DNA of 26,295 nucleotides. Source: a virus (lineage: Duplodnaviria > Caudoviricetes). The stretch is taken from the IMG/VR virus record IMGVR_UViG_3300038478_000010, positions 1 to 26,295 of that record, one strand, 5' to 3'. The position numbers and the translations under genes are program-made. Below the pieces are notes generated by a model. That model was not told the origin of the DNA, searched no databases, and saw only the letters and a program-made list of their open reading frames with translations. This document shows, piece after piece, positions 24,454 through 26,295 of the stretch; position 1 is the first letter of the stretch; each line of letters opens with the position of its first letter.

Positions 24454-25376
24454 GATGCCTCGGCCTCCTCTGCTTGGTCCCAAACGCTCTTCGGCTCCAG
24501 AGGCCACGCTGCCTGCGTGTACCCGGGCCAGTTCCCGCTCGCTTCGCACGCCCGGATCTTGTCGCACCACGCCTGCACGTTGCGCGCGGCCTCGTCCAAG
24601 TCCTTCTCCGGCACCTCCAGCACAGTCACCACAAACGGCGGCTTGACCTCGACCCCGATCAGGTAGTGACGTTTCGTGTCTCGCCCGATCGCCCGTGCAC
24701 CTTCCCGGTACGCGGCAAGTTGCTCGACGTAGAGCATGCGCCGCGCTTGCCGAGACCACTGGATCGGCTCCGTGCACGGGGTCGCCTTGAGGTCCGCGAT
24801 GTGGTCCTCGCCCAGCACGTCGAAGCCGCCACGTCCGCCCTCGCCTGCGATCCCCGCGGCCCAGGGCAAGCCGTGCATGTCCCAATGGATCACGCGCTGT
24901 TGCTCGCCCTTGAGCAGCCCGAGATCGCGCACTACCGGATCGCTCAGTACGGAAGCGGCAGCACCGTCCGCGAGGTCGAACTCTTCCGGCGTCACGATCT
25001 CGTCCAAGCGAGGCTTGCGAGGGCCGAGGATGTCGATCGCGGCCTGATACTCGGCGTCGAGGACGATGGGGCGAGTCTCGACGATGGCCATGTCCTTGTA
25101 TGCGTTCGAGTTGCGATTACCGGCCGAGCACACTGCGAAGTCGGCGCCGGTGCAGATCAGCTCAACGGCCGCCCACACCTTGGTCTCGCGCCCGACCGCG
25201 CACTTGACCAGCGAGCCACCGAACACGAGGCGATCGATCGCCGTGCCGCGTCGCATGGCGGGAGTGGCCTCGCGCCTGTTCTCTGCCGCGTGCTTGGCGT
25301 GAGCCGGCGACACGGACATCATTTTGGCGAGGGAGAAGTGTACGCGCCCGTCTCGTTCCCTGAGCTGAAACCCCAT
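24450..25376 (-). CDS. PD-(D/E)XK exonuclease, RecE/ExoVIII-like (DUF3799-like)
   Basis: SPAHAKH..TPAMRRGTAI; FDVL...IADLKAT; Y..QLAAY; IGVEVKPPFVV; NWPGY motifs. Confidence 0.85.
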   Translation of the reverse strand: MGFQLRERDGRVHFSLAKMMSVSPAHAKHAAENRREATPAMRRGTAIDRLVFGGSLVKCAVGRETKVWAAVELICTGADFAVCSAGNRNSNAYKDMAIVETRPIVLDAEYQAAIDILGPRKPRLDEIVTPEEFDLADGAAASVLSDPVVRDLGLLKGEQQRVIHWDMHGLPWAAGIAGEGGRGGFDVLGEDHIADLKATPCTEPIQWSRQARRMLYVEQLAAYREGARAIGRDTKRHYLIGVEVKPPFVVTVLEVPEKDLDEAARNVQAWCDKIRACEASGNWPGYTQAAWPLEPKSVWDQAEEAEAS

Positions 25377-25379
25377 GTT

Positions 25380-25889
25380 CTAATCCTCCCCCGGCTCTCG
25401 GCCAGGTCCCGATCCGTCCACTGCCGCCGCCGCGATCTCCGCAGCCTTCGCCTTGTCCACCGGCTGATCCAGCGTGTCCGTGTTTGTCGGCGTCCCCACG
25501 CGAGGCACCACGTTCTCCGGCCGCAGACCGCCCACCTTCTTTTTCCCGAAAGCGACCTCCGTGTCTACGTACAGATTGAGCATCTTTCCCACCCACCGCT
25601 CCACGTACGGACCGTAGAGACCGGCGATGACCTTCTGACTCTCCGGCCCCGCGAGCCATGCTTTTTTCTTCCCCCGGAACCACACCTTGACGCGCTTGTT
25701 GGGCGCATCGACGTACTCGCCGGAAGGAAGCCTCTTCCGCTCGCGACGCTCGGGCTCGAACCGCTCGATCCGCTCGATCACGAGCCCGACCGCTTTGCGA
25801 AACCCGCCCTTGCCATCGGACAGATCCCACTGGCCCAGGTAGGTGTTCTCCAGCAACAGCTTGTAGTGCGACAGCTTCTCCTCAGCCAC
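25380..25889 (-). CDS. Conserved phage protein next to exonuclease (possible ssDNA-binding/annealing partner)
   Basis: SHYKLLLENTYLGQWDL...YGPYVERWVGK...FGKKKVGGLR pattern, acidic tail ending EPGED, 3 nt upstream of the exonuclease. Confidence 0.55.
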   Translation of the reverse strand: MAEEKLSHYKLLLENTYLGQWDLSDGKGGFRKAVGLVIERIERFEPERRERKRLPSGEYVDAPNKRVKVWFRGKKKAWLAGPESQKVIAGLYGPYVERWVGKMLNLYVDTEVAFGKKKVGGLRPENVVPRVGTPTNTDTLDQPVDKAKAAEIAAAAVDGSGPGREPGED

Positions 25890-25904
25890 CGGCCACCTCT
25901 CTCC

Positions 25905-26102
25905 CTACTGGCCGTTGACGCCCGACCACGACCGCGACCACGACCGCGACCCCGACCCCGACCACGACCGCGACCCCGACCCCGACCACGACCGCGACCC
26001 CGACCGCGACCGCGACCGCGACCCCGACCGCGACCCCGACCCCGACCACGACCGCGACCCCGACCCCGACCGGGCGTACTTCTGTCTGCGTCCCCGCAGC
26101 AT
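25905..26102 (-). CDS. Ser-X repeat basic peptide 2 (65 aa, MLRGRRQKYARSGSGSRSWS...SGVNGQ)
   Basis: ATG 26102 preceded by SD GGGAG. Contains 25 X-Ser dipeptides. Stop followed by the SD of the next gene. Confidence 0.65.
   Translation of the reverse strand: MLRGRRQKYARSGSGSRSWSGSGSRSGSRSRSRSGSRSWSGSGSRSWSGSGSRSWSRSWSGVNGQ
25923..26072. repeat. Hexamer array (CGACC[A/C/G]) x25
   Basis: Read directly from sequence. Only the 6th position varies. Confidence 0.95.
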
Positions 26103-26116
26103 TTGGATTCGTCTCC

Positions 26117-26295
26117 CTACTGGCTGTTGACGCCCGACCCCGACCACGACCGCGACCGCGACTCCGACCACGACCCCGACCACGACCACGACCGCGACCC
26201 CGACCCCGACCACGACCGCGACCCCGACCCCGACCACGACCGCGACCCCGACCCCGACCACGACCGCGACCCCGACCGCGACCCCGACCGCGACC
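26117..26295 (-). CDS. Ser-X repeat peptide 1 (5' truncated; ...SRSWSGSG...SGVNSQ)
   Basis: Open frame of TCG-NGG codons ending GVNSQ-TAG at 26117, paralogous to the downstream peptide. Confidence 0.6.
   Translation of the reverse strand, partial: SRSGSRSGSRSWSGSGSRSWSGSGSRSWSGSGSRSWSWSGSWSESRSRSWSGSGVNSQ
26135..26295. repeat. Hexamer array (CGACC[A/C/G]) x26 or more, runs off window
   Basis: Read directly from sequence. One variant unit CGACTC. Higher-order 24-bp unit (GS-GS-RS-WS). Confidence 0.95.

Noticed and set aside
25915-26130. Plus-strand Asp-X (DHDRDP) repeat ORF
   Set aside because: Opposite to the operon direction, weak TTG start, no SD. It is the reverse reading of the same repeat.
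25905-26261. 118-aa ORF with Val-rich 'transmembrane' N-terminus
   Set aside because: The V-X part is an alternative frame of the upstream hexamer array. The SD-supported start is ATG 26102, and the upstream array has its own paralogous frame.
25900-26295. CRISPR array or DGR template/variable repeat pair
   Set aside because: No unique spacers between repeats, no reverse transcriptase or cas gene in the window, and variation is not adenine-specific apart from one site.

Overview
This window is a GC-rich tailed-phage (or prophage) segment with essentially all genes on the minus strand. In transcription order (right to left) it holds: two tandem Ser-X (X=R/G/W) dipeptide-repeat peptides; a recombination-type module (small conserved protein plus PD-(D/E)XK/RecE-like exonuclease); three small ORFs; three glycosyltransferase-like genes with a GroES-like co-chaperonin among them; large terminase; an orphan; Mu gp29/DUF935-like portal; S49 protease with nested scaffold; head cement protein; Mu gpT-like major capsid protein; neck proteins with a GTA-like head-spike base; contractile tail genes (sheath, tube, chaperone with -1 frameshift, tape measure); baseplate genes; and fibres ending in a truncated collagen-like G-X-T protein. 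The most notable items are a candidate virion-glycosylation system (three GTs plus Thr/Ser-rich, Lys-poor virion proteins and a BclA-like GXT collagen fibre), a duplicated perfect 22-bp palindrome at two promoter-like sites in the head operon, and the tandem (TCG-NGG)n SR-like peptide genes. All family assignments come from motifs recognised by eye, not from database searches.
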